DNA from: Actinomycetota bacterium
GTDB taxonomy: Bacteria; Actinomycetota; Actinomycetes; Actinomycetales; Microbacteriaceae
DNA length: 64,000 bases
Assembly (NCBI GenBank): GCA_020161315.1
Contig: JAIUOH010000001.1
Span: forward strand, 37,620-101,619
Direction of reading: 5' to 3'
Shown: positions 10,513 through 19,903 of the stretch, one piece after another
How positions within the stretch are numbered: the first letter of the stretch is position 1
How the letters are laid out: each line of letters begins with the position of its first letter
Program-made: the position numbers and the translations under genes
The notes under the pieces: generated by a model
The model's input: only the letters and a program-made list of their open reading frames with translations
Told to the model about the DNA's origin: nothing
The model's database searches: none

Positions 10513-10832
10513 TAGCGGTCGGTGTCTTTTGCCGCGCTGCCTTCGTGCGCAGAGTCGGCTGTCGTGACTTCGTCAGCAATCGCGTCCTCAACGAGCTCGT
10601 CTTCGACAATGTCGTCGGCGGTGCGGTCGCGATTGCGCCACTCGTAGATGCTCGTAGAGGCCTCGCCGCGCTGCTTCGACAGAAAGATCACCGAGAGTGC
10701 GAGTGCGATGAGCGTCGCGACGAGCAGCGCCAGCCACCAGGGCCAGTTGATCAACAGCAACACGCCAAAGGGCACCGCAAAGAAGACGATTCGCAACACG
10801 ATGTACAGAGCCCACGACTTGCCAGTATTCAC
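10512..10832 (-). CDS. DUF4229-like small membrane protein
   Basis: Two TM helices, ALYIVLR start and acidic tail (DDIVEDELVED); usual neighbour of menA/menD. Confidence 0.8.
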   Translation of the reverse strand: MNTGKSWALYIVLRIVFFAVPFGVLLLINWPWWLALLVATLIALALSVIFLSKQRGEASTSIYEWRNRDRTADDIVEDELVEDAIADEVTTADSAHEGSAAKDTDR

Positions 10833-10959
10833 GAGTAAAGAGTGTACCGAGGCAAGCTGAGTCGAAGCTTTGGTGCGGGGGCGAGGGTCGCCGGACCCCG
10901 GTGGCGCCCCCTGCCATCGGGTAGAGGGGGCTGTCAGGCAGCCCGAGTAGCATGGGAGC

Positions 10960-11427
10960 ATGGTTCGGTTTGCGATCATTGGTGTGGTTGTCGCCGTAGC
11001 GCTTGTGCTCTACGCGCTTGTCGACGCTGCGATGAGCGACCCGGCGCGTGCCAGGGGAGTGTCGAAGCCCGTCTGGGTTGTGATGATCGTGGTGCTGCCA
11101 GTGATTGGCGCGGTGCTTTGGCTCGCAATCGGCAAGGCGCGCGGCCCCGTGCCCACGCCAACCAGCGCACCAGATGACGACCCCCGGTTTACCGCGACCA
11201 GGCTTTCTGCCTCAGAGCTCGACGCCCACGTCGAAGAGCTTGAGGCCCGCTTGCGCGAGCTCGATGACGAGGTATTTCCAGAGGTTGATCTTGGTGGGCG
11301 CGGTGGCGCTGCCGAGGCTGGTGGGGCATCGTCTCGGGGCAAGGAATCGGGGCGCGAGACCAACGGCAACGCAGAGCCGGGCAGTTCAACCAAGCCCGAG
11401 AGCGACGCATCTGGCGAGCAGCGGTGA
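10960..11427 (+). CDS. PLDc_N-domain membrane protein
   Basis: YALVD, KPVWVVMIVVLPVIGAVLW and APDDDPRF motifs. Confidence 0.85.
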   Translation: MVRFAIIGVVVAVALVLYALVDAAMSDPARARGVSKPVWVVMIVVLPVIGAVLWLAIGKARGPVPTPTSAPDDDPRFTATRLSASELDAHVEELEARLRELDDEVFPEVDLGGRGGAAEAGGASSRGKESGRETNGNAEPGSSTKPESDASGEQR

Positions 11428-13223
11428 CCTCAGCCTCGCCAGCATCGCGTTACGCCACGGAGTTGCTCGCCGCGCTCATTCGACACGGAGTGCGCGACGT
11501 GGTCGTGTGCCCGGGGTCGCGCTCACAGGCGCTCGCGCTCGCTGCGGCTCAGGCCGAGGCTGCCGGGGCAATTCGACTGCATGTGAGGCTCGACGAGCGC
11601 GCGGCCGCGTTCTTTGCGCTCGGCGTTGCACGTGAAACCGGGATGCCAGCCCCAGTCATCGTGACAAGTGGCTCTGCGGTAGCGAATTTGCTGCCCGCGG
11701 CGCTCGAAGCGCACGAGTCCCGGGTGCCGATGCTGCTGTTGACAGCAGACCGACCCGCGTCACTGCGAGGCACAAGAAGTAACCAGACAACTAGACAGTC
11801 GGGACTGTTCGCCGAGTGCTCGAGGCTTGCGCTTGACATCGACGTCAATAAGGCGTTTGAGGTGGCTGCCGGCGCACTGGGCCTGCACTACCCTGTAGCG
11901 GTTGCCGCGCGAGCCGTTGACGCGGCGCTCGGTGGCTTCTTGGAGCTGCCCGCTGGCCCGGTGCAACTCAACCTGCAGTTTCGTGAGCCGCTTTCAGGCC
12001 CCGCCGTGGGCCTGCCGCAGACACCGAGTGAGGTGTTTGAGCTTGCCGCGCGGGATCGCGATGGTGCTCTGCCGAGCCGAGCGTCTCGTGCAGGCGACGG
12101 TGTTGCTCGCCGCGATCCGATCGCAGACGTGCCGACATATCTGCACGAAGGTGATGCCCTCGCGGTAGTGATTGCGGGGGAGGGCGCGGGTCTCGAAGCA
12201 GAGGCCTTCGCTCATGCCGCCGGGTTGCCGCTGCTTGCCGAGGTGGCCAGTGGCGCGCGCTTCGGCCGTGAAGCAATCACTGCGTATGCGAGCCTGATCG
12301 ACGACCCTGACATTGGCGGGCTCACCGAACGCGCCATCGTCTTTGGGCACCCCACGCTCACTCGGCAGGTGCCGGCGCTGCTGAAGCGCGACGACGTCGA
12401 GGTGATCGTGGTTGACCCGCACAGGGGTGAACGCGTCGATCACTTTGACCCGCACGGCAACGTGACGGTGGTTGCTTCGGCGCACGTCAGCGAGTCATAT
12501 GACCCGATTGGCATGCGCCGCTGGCTCGGCAGATGGGTGGTCGCTGACCGTGCGCTGCGCGAAGCGCGATCCACCGTGCACGAACCCGATCTCGACGCGG
12601 CGAAAGCTACGGGATACAAGGAACGAAACAGCTACGCGCGCGCCGAGCTTGCCGTAAGCAAGGAAGCAGTGTCGCGCGAGATGCTGGCCGAGAGTGTGTG
12701 GCGTGCGAGTTGGCCGCACGATCGCCTGGTGCTCGCCGCATCGCGCTTGGTGCGAGTGCTCGACGGTCTCGCCGCGCCCCGCAGGGTCGAGGTGCGGGCA
12801 AACCGCGGCCTCGCCGGCATTGACGGCACAATCGCGACCGCACTCGGAGTTGCTGCGGCAAGCCAGGCTTCAGACCAACCCTCGCTCGGGGCAGGCACCA
12901 CACGCGTGCTTATCGGCGACCTCGCGCTGCTGCACGACGCGGGGTCGCTGCTGCTGCCTGAAGGAGAGCCGCACCCACGCATCCAACTGTTTGTTGGCAA
13001 CGACGGCGGCGGCACAATTTTCGATACGCTCGAGGCCGCCCAAACTGCCGAAGTCGATGCCTTTGATCGGGTGATGTACACCCCGCAGCGCGCAGACCTC
13101 GAGTCGCTGGCACAGGCCTACGGCTGGCAGTATCGGCTGGTATCGACGCGTGGTGAGCTCGAGCGATTACTTACCGAAAAGGTCGCAGGGCCGCAACTCA
13201 TCGAGGTGCCGCTTCAGCGCTGA
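11424..13223 (+). CDS. menD: SEPHCHC synthase
   Basis: CPGSRSQ, DERAAAFFALG, TSGSAVANL, NRGLAGIDG and GDLALLHD..NDGGGTIF (TPP-binding) motifs. Confidence 0.96.
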   Translation: MTSASPASRYATELLAALIRHGVRDVVVCPGSRSQALALAAAQAEAAGAIRLHVRLDERAAAFFALGVARETGMPAPVIVTSGSAVANLLPAALEAHESRVPMLLLTADRPASLRGTRSNQTTRQSGLFAECSRLALDIDVNKAFEVAAGALGLHYPVAVAARAVDAALGGFLELPAGPVQLNLQFREPLSGPAVGLPQTPSEVFELAARDRDGALPSRASRAGDGVARRDPIADVPTYLHEGDALAVVIAGEGAGLEAEAFAHAAGLPLLAEVASGARFGREAITAYASLIDDPDIGGLTERAIVFGHPTLTRQVPALLKRDDVEVIVVDPHRGERVDHFDPHGNVTVVASAHVSESYDPIGMRRWLGRWVVADRALREARSTVHEPDLDAAKATGYKERNSYARAELAVSKEAVSREMLAESVWRASWPHDRLVLAASRLVRVLDGLAAPRRVEVRANRGLAGIDGTIATALGVAAASQASDQPSLGAGTTRVLIGDLALLHDAGSLLLPEGEPHPRIQLFVGNDGGGTIFDTLEAAQTAEVDAFDRVMYTPQRADLESLAQAYGWQYRLVSTRGELERLLTEKVAGPQLIEVPLQR

Positions 13224-13340
13224 TTATGCGCCCGGGGGTGCTGCGCGTATACCGAGTTGTGAAGCAGCAGAGAGATGCTCGCGGTCGTAAGTGGCTGTTT
13301 CACCTGCTTGCGGACGCAGCGTCACCTCGCCGCGAGACGG

Positions 13341-14603
13341 CTAGGGGGCGAGCGCCTCGGCGATGGGGCGAAACTTCGAGACCGTCTCGCGCAGCTCGTG
13401 CTGGGGATCGCTGCCCGCGACTATGCCGCCACCGGCATATGCGGTGATCGAGCGCTCTTCGCCTGCGGGGTCACCGAGCTGTGCGCCGCGCAGGGCGATC
13501 ACCCACTCGCCGTCGCCAGCCGCGTCGATCCAGCCGATGGCTCCCGCATAGCGTTCGCGGTCAAACGGCTCCAGCTCAGAGATCGCGGCAATGGCCTCGC
13601 GGGTGGGAGTGCCCGCGACGGCTGCGGTTGGGTGCAGCGCGGCCGTGAGTTCGAGCGAGGATCCGCCATCGCTAGGCACGGCCTCAAGATCAGTGGCGAG
13701 GTGCCACACGTTTGGCAGCCGCAGCGCGAACGGCTGCTCGCTGGTCTGCAATTCAGCGACGTGGGGAGCGAGAGCGGTCACCACGCTCTGCACCGCGAAG
13801 GCGTGCTCGTGCTGCTCTTTTGCATTGCCGAGCAGCTCGTCGCGCTCGCGAAGGTCGGCATCGTGATCTGCACGCCTGCCTCGGGTGCCGGCCAATACGC
13901 GTGCGGTAATCAAACCACCCGTCTGGCGCACGAGAGTCTCGGGGCTCGCACCGATCATGCCATCGACGGCATATGTCCAGCAGTCGGTGTAGCGTTCGGC
14001 CAGCCTGGCGAGCGGAACGCGCAGGTCGTCGCTCGACCGCATCGCGCCGATAACCCTGCGCGCCATGACGATCTTTTCGAGTTTGCCTCGCTCGATGAGC
14101 TCGGTCGCGCCGTGAACGCCCGAGAGATATGCCTCATCGGGAACGTTGGTCTCTAGCGTCGTGCCCAGCCACTCGCCAGTGCTCAGGGCGACGGGCAATG
14201 CGGGCTCTGCCGCAGGGGGTTCAGTCGAAATCTCGGTGACCCACGCCTGACCGTCGTGCACAGAAACCACGGTGCGCGGAACAATGAGCAGGCTGAGCGC
14301 GCTGCTGCGGTCGTCAAACGCAAAGGTGCCGAACGCAATCAGGCCGGAGCCCGGCAGCTGCACGGGGTCGTCGACTGTGGCAGATAGGGAGAGGTTTCGC
14401 CACGCTTCTGCTGCCTCTGCGAAGCGATCCTCGCCCTGAAATTCAAGACGCAACACCTCGCCTATGCCGACGCAGCCGCGTTCGCCGCGAATCCAGGCGA
14501 GGGGCTGCTGCGGGTCGGTGTAGCTCAAAAGCGCCGTGAGCTCGGCTGCCGAATGCGGTCGCGTCACCGCAAAAAGGCGGGGCAGCGATCGAGATGGCAC
14601 CAT
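13341..14603 (-). CDS. menF: Isochorismate synthase
   Basis: KIVMAR, GASPETL, LAGT, KEQHEH, LHPTAAVAGTP and YAGGGIVAGS motifs. Confidence 0.92.
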   Translation of the reverse strand: MVPSRSLPRLFAVTRPHSAAELTALLSYTDPQQPLAWIRGERGCVGIGEVLRLEFQGEDRFAEAAEAWRNLSLSATVDDPVQLPGSGLIAFGTFAFDDRSSALSLLIVPRTVVSVHDGQAWVTEISTEPPAAEPALPVALSTGEWLGTTLETNVPDEAYLSGVHGATELIERGKLEKIVMARRVIGAMRSSDDLRVPLARLAERYTDCWTYAVDGMIGASPETLVRQTGGLITARVLAGTRGRRADHDADLRERDELLGNAKEQHEHAFAVQSVVTALAPHVAELQTSEQPFALRLPNVWHLATDLEAVPSDGGSSLELTAALHPTAAVAGTPTREAIAAISELEPFDRERYAGAIGWIDAAGDGEWVIALRGAQLGDPAGEERSITAYAGGGIVAGSDPQHELRETVSKFRPIAEALAP

Positions 14604-14701
14604 GCCAATCTACTCTGACTTCGCTGGCCGGGCGCTGTGCGCTTGACCCCCGGGAACGCGGGCGCAGCGTGATCGCTATCAGGATGAACGGATAGCATGG
14701 T

Positions 14702-15715
14702 GTGGTGACCCGCCCAGACACGGCCACCAAGCTGGCCACAGACGTCTCGACCATGTTCGATGAGGTATCGCCTCGCTATGACCTGATCAACGACGTGCTT
14801 ACTGTCGGCAATGATCGCCTGTGGCGCATTGCCACCACGAAAGCCATCGCGCCCCGCAAGGGAATGCGCGTGCTCGACCTTGCCGCCGGCACCGGAACTT
14901 CGAGCGCCGCTATCGCGAAGCACGGCGCACACGTTGTCGCCGCCGACTTCTCAGAGGGCATGCTCGCAGAGGGTCGCAAGCGCCACGTGGGCAACGAACT
15001 GATCGAGTTCGTGTTTGCTGACGCAACCGCGCTGCCGTTCGAAGACGACAGCTTTGACGCCGCCACCATCTCGTACGGGTTGCGCAACGTGCACGAGCCG
15101 CGCAAGGCTCTCGCAGAGATGCTGCGAGTGGTCAAGCCGGGCGGTCGCGTCGTGATCGCCGAATTCTCGACCCCGCCGTCGCAGCTGGTGCGCGTGCCCT
15201 ACGGTCTTTACGGGCGGCACGTGTTGCCCAGGGTTGCTGGGTTCATCAACGGTGAGGCCGCCGAGGCCTACCGCTACCTCAACGAGTCGATCGAAGACTG
15301 GCCAACGCAAGAGAAGCTGGCTTCGTGGCTGCGCGAGGCAGGGTTTGAACGGGTTGCATACCGCAACCTGACGTTTGGCATCGTCGCTCTGCACCGCGGT
15401 TTTGTGCCGCGCAAGAAAGCCGTTGAGGCGGCGGCTGAGGCCCCGATCGAGAATCCGAAGCCTGCGAAGAAGGCTCCTGCGAAGAAGCCCGCTGCCTCCG
15501 CAGCAACGAAGCCCGCCGCGACCGCAAAGCCCGCGCAGTCGGCCAAGAAACCTGCTGCCAAGAAGCCCGCGACGGTAAAGCCAGCCACCGCGAAGCCCGC
15601 AGCTACGAAGAAGGCATCGAGCGCGGCTGCCGCAAAACCGGCTGGCGCAAAGCCCGCTGCCACAAAACCCGCGGGCGCCACGCCTGCCAAAGCGACGAAG
15701 GCGGAGCCCAAATGA
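14702..15715 (+). CDS. menG: Demethylmenaquinone methyltransferase with a Lys/Ala/Pro-rich C-terminal extension
   Basis: MFDEVSPRYDLIND, VLDLAAGTG, ISYGLRNV and YLNESI motifs; about 100-aa KPAA/PAKK tail. Confidence 0.93.
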   Translation: MVTRPDTATKLATDVSTMFDEVSPRYDLINDVLTVGNDRLWRIATTKAIAPRKGMRVLDLAAGTGTSSAAIAKHGAHVVAADFSEGMLAEGRKRHVGNELIEFVFADATALPFEDDSFDAATISYGLRNVHEPRKALAEMLRVVKPGGRVVIAEFSTPPSQLVRVPYGLYGRHVLPRVAGFINGEAAEAYRYLNESIEDWPTQEKLASWLREAGFERVAYRNLTFGIVALHRGFVPRKKAVEAAAEAPIENPKPAKKAPAKKPAASAATKPAATAKPAQSAKKPAAKKPATVKPATAKPAATKKASSAAAAKPAGAKPAATKPAGATPAKATKAEPK

Positions 15716-16770
15716 ACCGCCCCATCACCGAAGACACCGCGACTCAAGCAATGCCGATGCACCTGTTCCGCGGTGCGGCAGAGAAGCGTCACGCTGATCG
15801 CATGAAGAAAGAGCTCGCGGTCGTAGAGCAAGACCTGCTCGACCAGCTCGGCTTCGCCTCAGCCGTGGCCGACGCGCCCGCCCGTTACCTCGCCGAGGCG
15901 GGTGGCAAGCGTATTCGCCCGATGCTCACCCTGCTGACGAGCGAGCTCGGCTCGGGCCCCAACGACCAGGTGCGCAGGGCCGCCATCGCGATTGAGCTGA
16001 CGCACCTCGCGTCGCTCTACCACGACGATGTCATGGACGACGCCCGCCTGCGCAGGGGAGTGCCCGCCGCGCAGACTGTGTGGTCGAACTCTGTCGCGAT
16101 CCTCGCCGGTGATCTGCTGTTTGCGCGCGCATCTTCGCTCGTGTCGGGCATGGGTGAAGAGGCGATTCTGCTGCAGGCCAAGACCTTCGAGCGGCTGTGC
16201 CTTGGCCAGCTGCACGAGACGGTCGGCCCCGGCCCAGAAGATGACCCGATGCGCCACTACCTGCAGGTGCTCGCAGACAAGACCGGCGCGCTGATCTCGA
16301 CCGCTGCGCGCATGGGCGTGCTGTTCTCGGGCGCACCGCGTGAGTATGCAGACTGCGTCACCGCCTACGGCGAGAAGATCGGCGTCGCGTTTCAGCTCAT
16401 CGACGACGTCATCGATCTGTCGCCGAAGGCCGAGCAGACGGGCAAGCGCGCGGGCACCGATCTGCGCGCGGGCGTGGTGACCATGCCGCTGCTGTTGCTG
16501 CGCGATCGCGCGGCACGGGGCGATGCCGCGGCCACCGAGTTCTTGGCACGAATCGATGCCGGCGTCGCTCGCATCGCAGCCGGTGAAGACGCCGCGATCC
16601 TCGACCCTGAGGTAACCGAGCTTCGCGAACACGAGGTGACTCGCGAGACCGAACAGGCGGCCCGCCAGTGGGCTGCCGACGCGGTTGCGGCGCTCGCGCC
16701 ACTGCCGAAGTCAGCGGTGAAGCGCGGCCTCGAACGTCTCGCCGAATCAATCGTCACCCGCGAGGGTTGA
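15712..16770 (+). CDS. Polyprenyl diphosphate synthase (HepT/GrcC-like)
   Basis: GGKRIRP, HDDVMD..RRG, KTG and FQLIDDVID motifs. Confidence 0.93.
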   Translation: MNRPITEDTATQAMPMHLFRGAAEKRHADRMKKELAVVEQDLLDQLGFASAVADAPARYLAEAGGKRIRPMLTLLTSELGSGPNDQVRRAAIAIELTHLASLYHDDVMDDARLRRGVPAAQTVWSNSVAILAGDLLFARASSLVSGMGEEAILLQAKTFERLCLGQLHETVGPGPEDDPMRHYLQVLADKTGALISTAARMGVLFSGAPREYADCVTAYGEKIGVAFQLIDDVIDLSPKAEQTGKRAGTDLRAGVVTMPLLLLRDRAARGDAAATEFLARIDAGVARIAAGEDAAILDPEVTELREHEVTRETEQAARQWAADAVAALAPLPKSAVKRGLERLAESIVTREG

Positions 16771-16879
16771 GAACAATGGTGCATCCCCTGGGGTGAGCCG
16801 TTACGTCGACCCCGCGATCGCGCCGACCACCAGTGCGCAGCAGAGAGCGCACAGCGAAAGGAACAAGAGCTTGCAGAAG

Positions 16880-18343
16880 ATGCGTCTCGCGATTGTCGGA
16901 GCCGGCCCCGCCGGCATCTATGCTGCCGATCTGCTGATCAAGGCCGACCGAGACTTCGATGTCGAGATTGACCTCTTCGACCAGCTGCCTGCGCCGTACG
17001 GGCTCGTGCGCTACGGCGTTTCGCCCGACCACCCGCGCATCAAGGGCATCATCACGGCGCTGCGCGAGGTGCTCGATCGCACCGATCGCGGCGACGACGC
17101 CCAAGCGGGCGACGCGGGTAACGCGGGCGACGCTGCTGAAGGCGTCGACACCGAGGCGGCGCGCGCGCCCCGGGGCTCGGTGCACTACCACGGCAACGTT
17201 CGCTACGGCGAGCACATTGGCCTCGACGACCTGAAGCGCCACTATCACGCGGTGATCTTTGCGACGGGGGCGATCCTCGACGCGTCGCTCGATATTGCGG
17301 GCATCGATGCCGAGGCGAGCTACGGTGCCGCCGACTTCGTGAGCTGGTTCGACGGACACCCCGATGTGCCTCGCGAGTGGCCACTCGACGCGAAGCAGGT
17401 CGCAGTGATCGGCAACGGAAACGTCGCACTCGACGTGTCGCGCATGCTGATAAAGCACGCCGAAGATCTGCTGCCCACCGAGATTCCCGACAACGTGCAT
17501 CGGCTGCTCGAGCAGAACCCGATCGAAGAGCTGCACCTCTTTGGGCGCCGCGGGCCGCAGTACGTGAAGTTCACGCCGCTTGAGCTGCGCGAGCTCGGCG
17601 AGGTGCGCGATGTCGACATGGTGATTGACGAGCGCGACTTCGACATCGATGACCCATACGTCGCCGAGACGCTGATGAAGAACAAGCAGGTTATCGTGCT
17701 CACCCGCATCATGAACCAGTGGCGCGAGGCGCAGAAGCTGCGCGATGCTGGTGAGGTCGCGCCTGCGAGTCGCCGCCTGCACCTGCACTTCTGGTCGAAG
17801 CCGGTTGCCGTGATGCAAGATGCCGATGGTCGGGTTTCGGGCATCAAGATCGAGCGCACCGCACCCGACGGGGCCGGTGGCGTGGTCGAAACCGGCGAGT
17901 TTGAGGTCGTCCCGGTGCAGTCGCTGTACCGCGCGATCGGCTACTTCGGCTCGCCGCTCGAAGAGATTCCGTTCGACGAGAAGCGCGGCGTGATCCCGAA
18001 CGAACAGGGTCGAGTGATCGGCGCCGACGGGTCGCCTGTGCCGGGCGTGTACGCAACCGGCTGGATCAAGCGCGGCCCTATCGGCCTCATCGGGCACACG
18101 AAGAGCGACGCGATGGAGACGATCGAGTGCCTGCTCGAAGATCGCGCGAGCTGGTGGCAGCCCGAGGCCCCCGAGGCGGCGGCCGTCGTTGAGCTGCTGA
18201 AGTCGCGAAACGTGCCGTATACCACGATCGAGGGTTGGCACAGGCTCGATGCATACGAGTTGTCGCTCGGCGAAGATCAGGGTCGCGAGCGCATCAAGGT
18301 GGTTTCGCGCGAAGAAATGACGCGCGTCTCGCTCGCTGAGTAG
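16880..18343 (+). CDS. fprA: Ferredoxin-NADP+ reductase (FprA-like)
   Basis: AIVGAGPAG, PYGLVRYGVSPDH, GNGNVALDV and GWIKRGP motifs; start could be upstream (16793). Confidence 0.88.
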   Translation: MRLAIVGAGPAGIYAADLLIKADRDFDVEIDLFDQLPAPYGLVRYGVSPDHPRIKGIITALREVLDRTDRGDDAQAGDAGNAGDAAEGVDTEAARAPRGSVHYHGNVRYGEHIGLDDLKRHYHAVIFATGAILDASLDIAGIDAEASYGAADFVSWFDGHPDVPREWPLDAKQVAVIGNGNVALDVSRMLIKHAEDLLPTEIPDNVHRLLEQNPIEELHLFGRRGPQYVKFTPLELRELGEVRDVDMVIDERDFDIDDPYVAETLMKNKQVIVLTRIMNQWREAQKLRDAGEVAPASRRLHLHFWSKPVAVMQDADGRVSGIKIERTAPDGAGGVVETGEFEVVPVQSLYRAIGYFGSPLEEIPFDEKRGVIPNEQGRVIGADGSPVPGVYATGWIKRGPIGLIGHTKSDAMETIECLLEDRASWWQPEAPEAAAVVELLKSRNVPYTTIEGWHRLDAYELSLGEDQGRERIKVVSREEMTRVSLAE

Positions 18344-18480
18344 CTTGGTGGTGCGGCAGCGCGCCTAGTCGCGTTGTCTTGCAAGCGTGGGATCGCGGCA
18401 ACCGCGCAGGGTGCCCCGCGCCTGGTCGCGTTGCCCCGCGCCTGGTCGCGTTGCTCGCCAACCCTCCGTCTGCCTCCCAT

Positions 18481-18548
18481 CGAAACTACACAAGTTGCCC
18501 GAATCGACACGAGATTCTTGTATGGATTCGGCGGAGTCGTGTCGATTC
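18481..18548 (+). repeat. 68-bp palindromic direct repeat, copy 1 (downstream flank of the AbiEi/DUF559-like gene)
   Basis: Matches 19712-19779 at 65 of 68 positions; internal GAATCGACACGA/TCGTGTCGATTC dyad. Confidence 0.95.
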
Positions 18549-18576
18549 GATGGTGATGCTATGCGAGCGCGCAGCA

Positions 18577-19560
18577 TCACCACGGCGGCTGCGGGATTGG
18601 TACGTTGAACGCCTGTAAGCGTTGTGTCATTGCCAGTGGGTTAGCCCCCTCCGGGTACCCCCAATGGATCACCTTGTTATCGGTTGAGCCCTGCAGCCAG
18701 TCGTCGCGACGTTTATCGCGATAGACCTGCTCGCCGGCTGACCGCCCCTGAAGCAGTGCGGGGTTGGTGTATTTCACCTTGCCGTCGCACTCGCCGAAGA
18801 GCGGCAACCCGCGAAACTTGAAGTCTGCGTAGTAGGTGCGGCCGTGCGGGCCAGCAACTGGAACCTGCAACTCGACCTCAAAGCCCAATCTGTGTAGCTG
18901 CAGATGGCTGATGCTTTCGAGCACAGAGTCCTTGCGGGGGTCGGCAAGGGTAAGCAGTTGAGTGGCAATTCTTGTGCCACGCATGCCTCGTGCCAGGGTT
19001 AATGAGTGAGCAATATGGTCACGCCAAATGTGTAGCTGTTCCTCGTCAACGGCCCGGCCCACCCGAAAGTTTGCTCTCATATAGCTGTCGGCAAACGAAA
19101 GCGCTGTCTCTGGTGTTTCGGCCGCGCAAAGGTCAAGCAGTGTGCGCTCTGGCGATGTGCATCGCAGTCCATGTACGTTCACCGTCTCAAGCGCGGTGAG
19201 GGGACGGGCATGCCGAATGAGCCCCTTGCTTGGGCGACAACTGCCCTTTGACCCCGTGGTTATGTGCGCGGCTTTGCGAAGGTCGGCGTGCACGGGGATT
19301 CCGAGTAACACCGCAGCGCTGAGGTGCGAGAAGACCAGTTGTGATTTGGCGGCACGGTGGATCGCGATCATCCTGGTGAGGTGCTGATCCTCGGGCCGCA
19401 ACGACTGCCAGAACTCCCGGCTTACGTACCAGCCGTAGTGCACGCGAATTGAACCGGGTGCCGGGTGGCGGGCGACCGTCAGTTGGGGGCGTGAATTCTG
19501 GCGAGTGAGCTCGTTCCAGACCTGGCTAATTCGTTCGCTTATGTGCATAGTTTCGAGCAT
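18577..19560 (-). CDS. AbiEi-like / DUF559 (Vsr-type PD-(D/E)xK) nuclease-domain protein
   Basis: SHLSAAVLLG, TSPERTLLDL, DSVLES, ADF..GECDGKVKY and DKRRDDWL motifs; start uncertain (19548, 19560 or 19608). Confidence 0.78.
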   Translation of the reverse strand: MLETMHISERISQVWNELTRQNSRPQLTVARHPAPGSIRVHYGWYVSREFWQSLRPEDQHLTRMIAIHRAAKSQLVFSHLSAAVLLGIPVHADLRKAAHITTGSKGSCRPSKGLIRHARPLTALETVNVHGLRCTSPERTLLDLCAAETPETALSFADSYMRANFRVGRAVDEEQLHIWRDHIAHSLTLARGMRGTRIATQLLTLADPRKDSVLESISHLQLHRLGFEVELQVPVAGPHGRTYYADFKFRGLPLFGECDGKVKYTNPALLQGRSAGEQVYRDKRRDDWLQGSTDNKVIHWGYPEGANPLAMTQRLQAFNVPIPQPPW

Positions 19561-19711
19561 CGCCGATCTCGCCGATTCGCGGGCCGAGTTTTGTAAATCT
19601 GTGGACATCTCGTCTATTGAGTGCCTGTGGATAACAAGTCGTTGTGGCGGCACTTGTGGCAACAAGTAGTTGAGGCAGTACTTGTGGAATGTGCTTCGCT
19701 CGGTCTCTCGC

Positions 19712-19779
19712 CGAAACTACACAAGTTGCCCGAATCGACACGAGATTCTTGTATGGACTCGGCGAAGTCGTATCGATTC
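19712..19779 (+). repeat. 68-bp palindromic direct repeat, copy 2 (upstream flank)
   Basis: Same orientation as 18481-18548, with 3 substitutions. Confidence 0.95.
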
Positions 19780-19903
19780 AGTGAATCAGCGCGCGGGATC
19801 GCGGCAGTCGCGCAGGGTGCCTTGCCTCAGGCCGCAAGTTGAGTCAGGCCCGAACGAGGTAGTTATCAGTATCAACGTCAGGGGTGACCGATACCCTGAG
19901 AGC

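Noticed and set aside
17080-17180. Low-complexity AGDAGNAGDA insertion in FprA
   Set aside because: In-frame loop expansion from short-repeat slippage; no evidence of an intein or other function
18361-18548. Repeats near 18.4 kb as a possible CRISPR array
   Set aside because: Only two tandem 20-mers with no unique spacers, and no cas genes in the window
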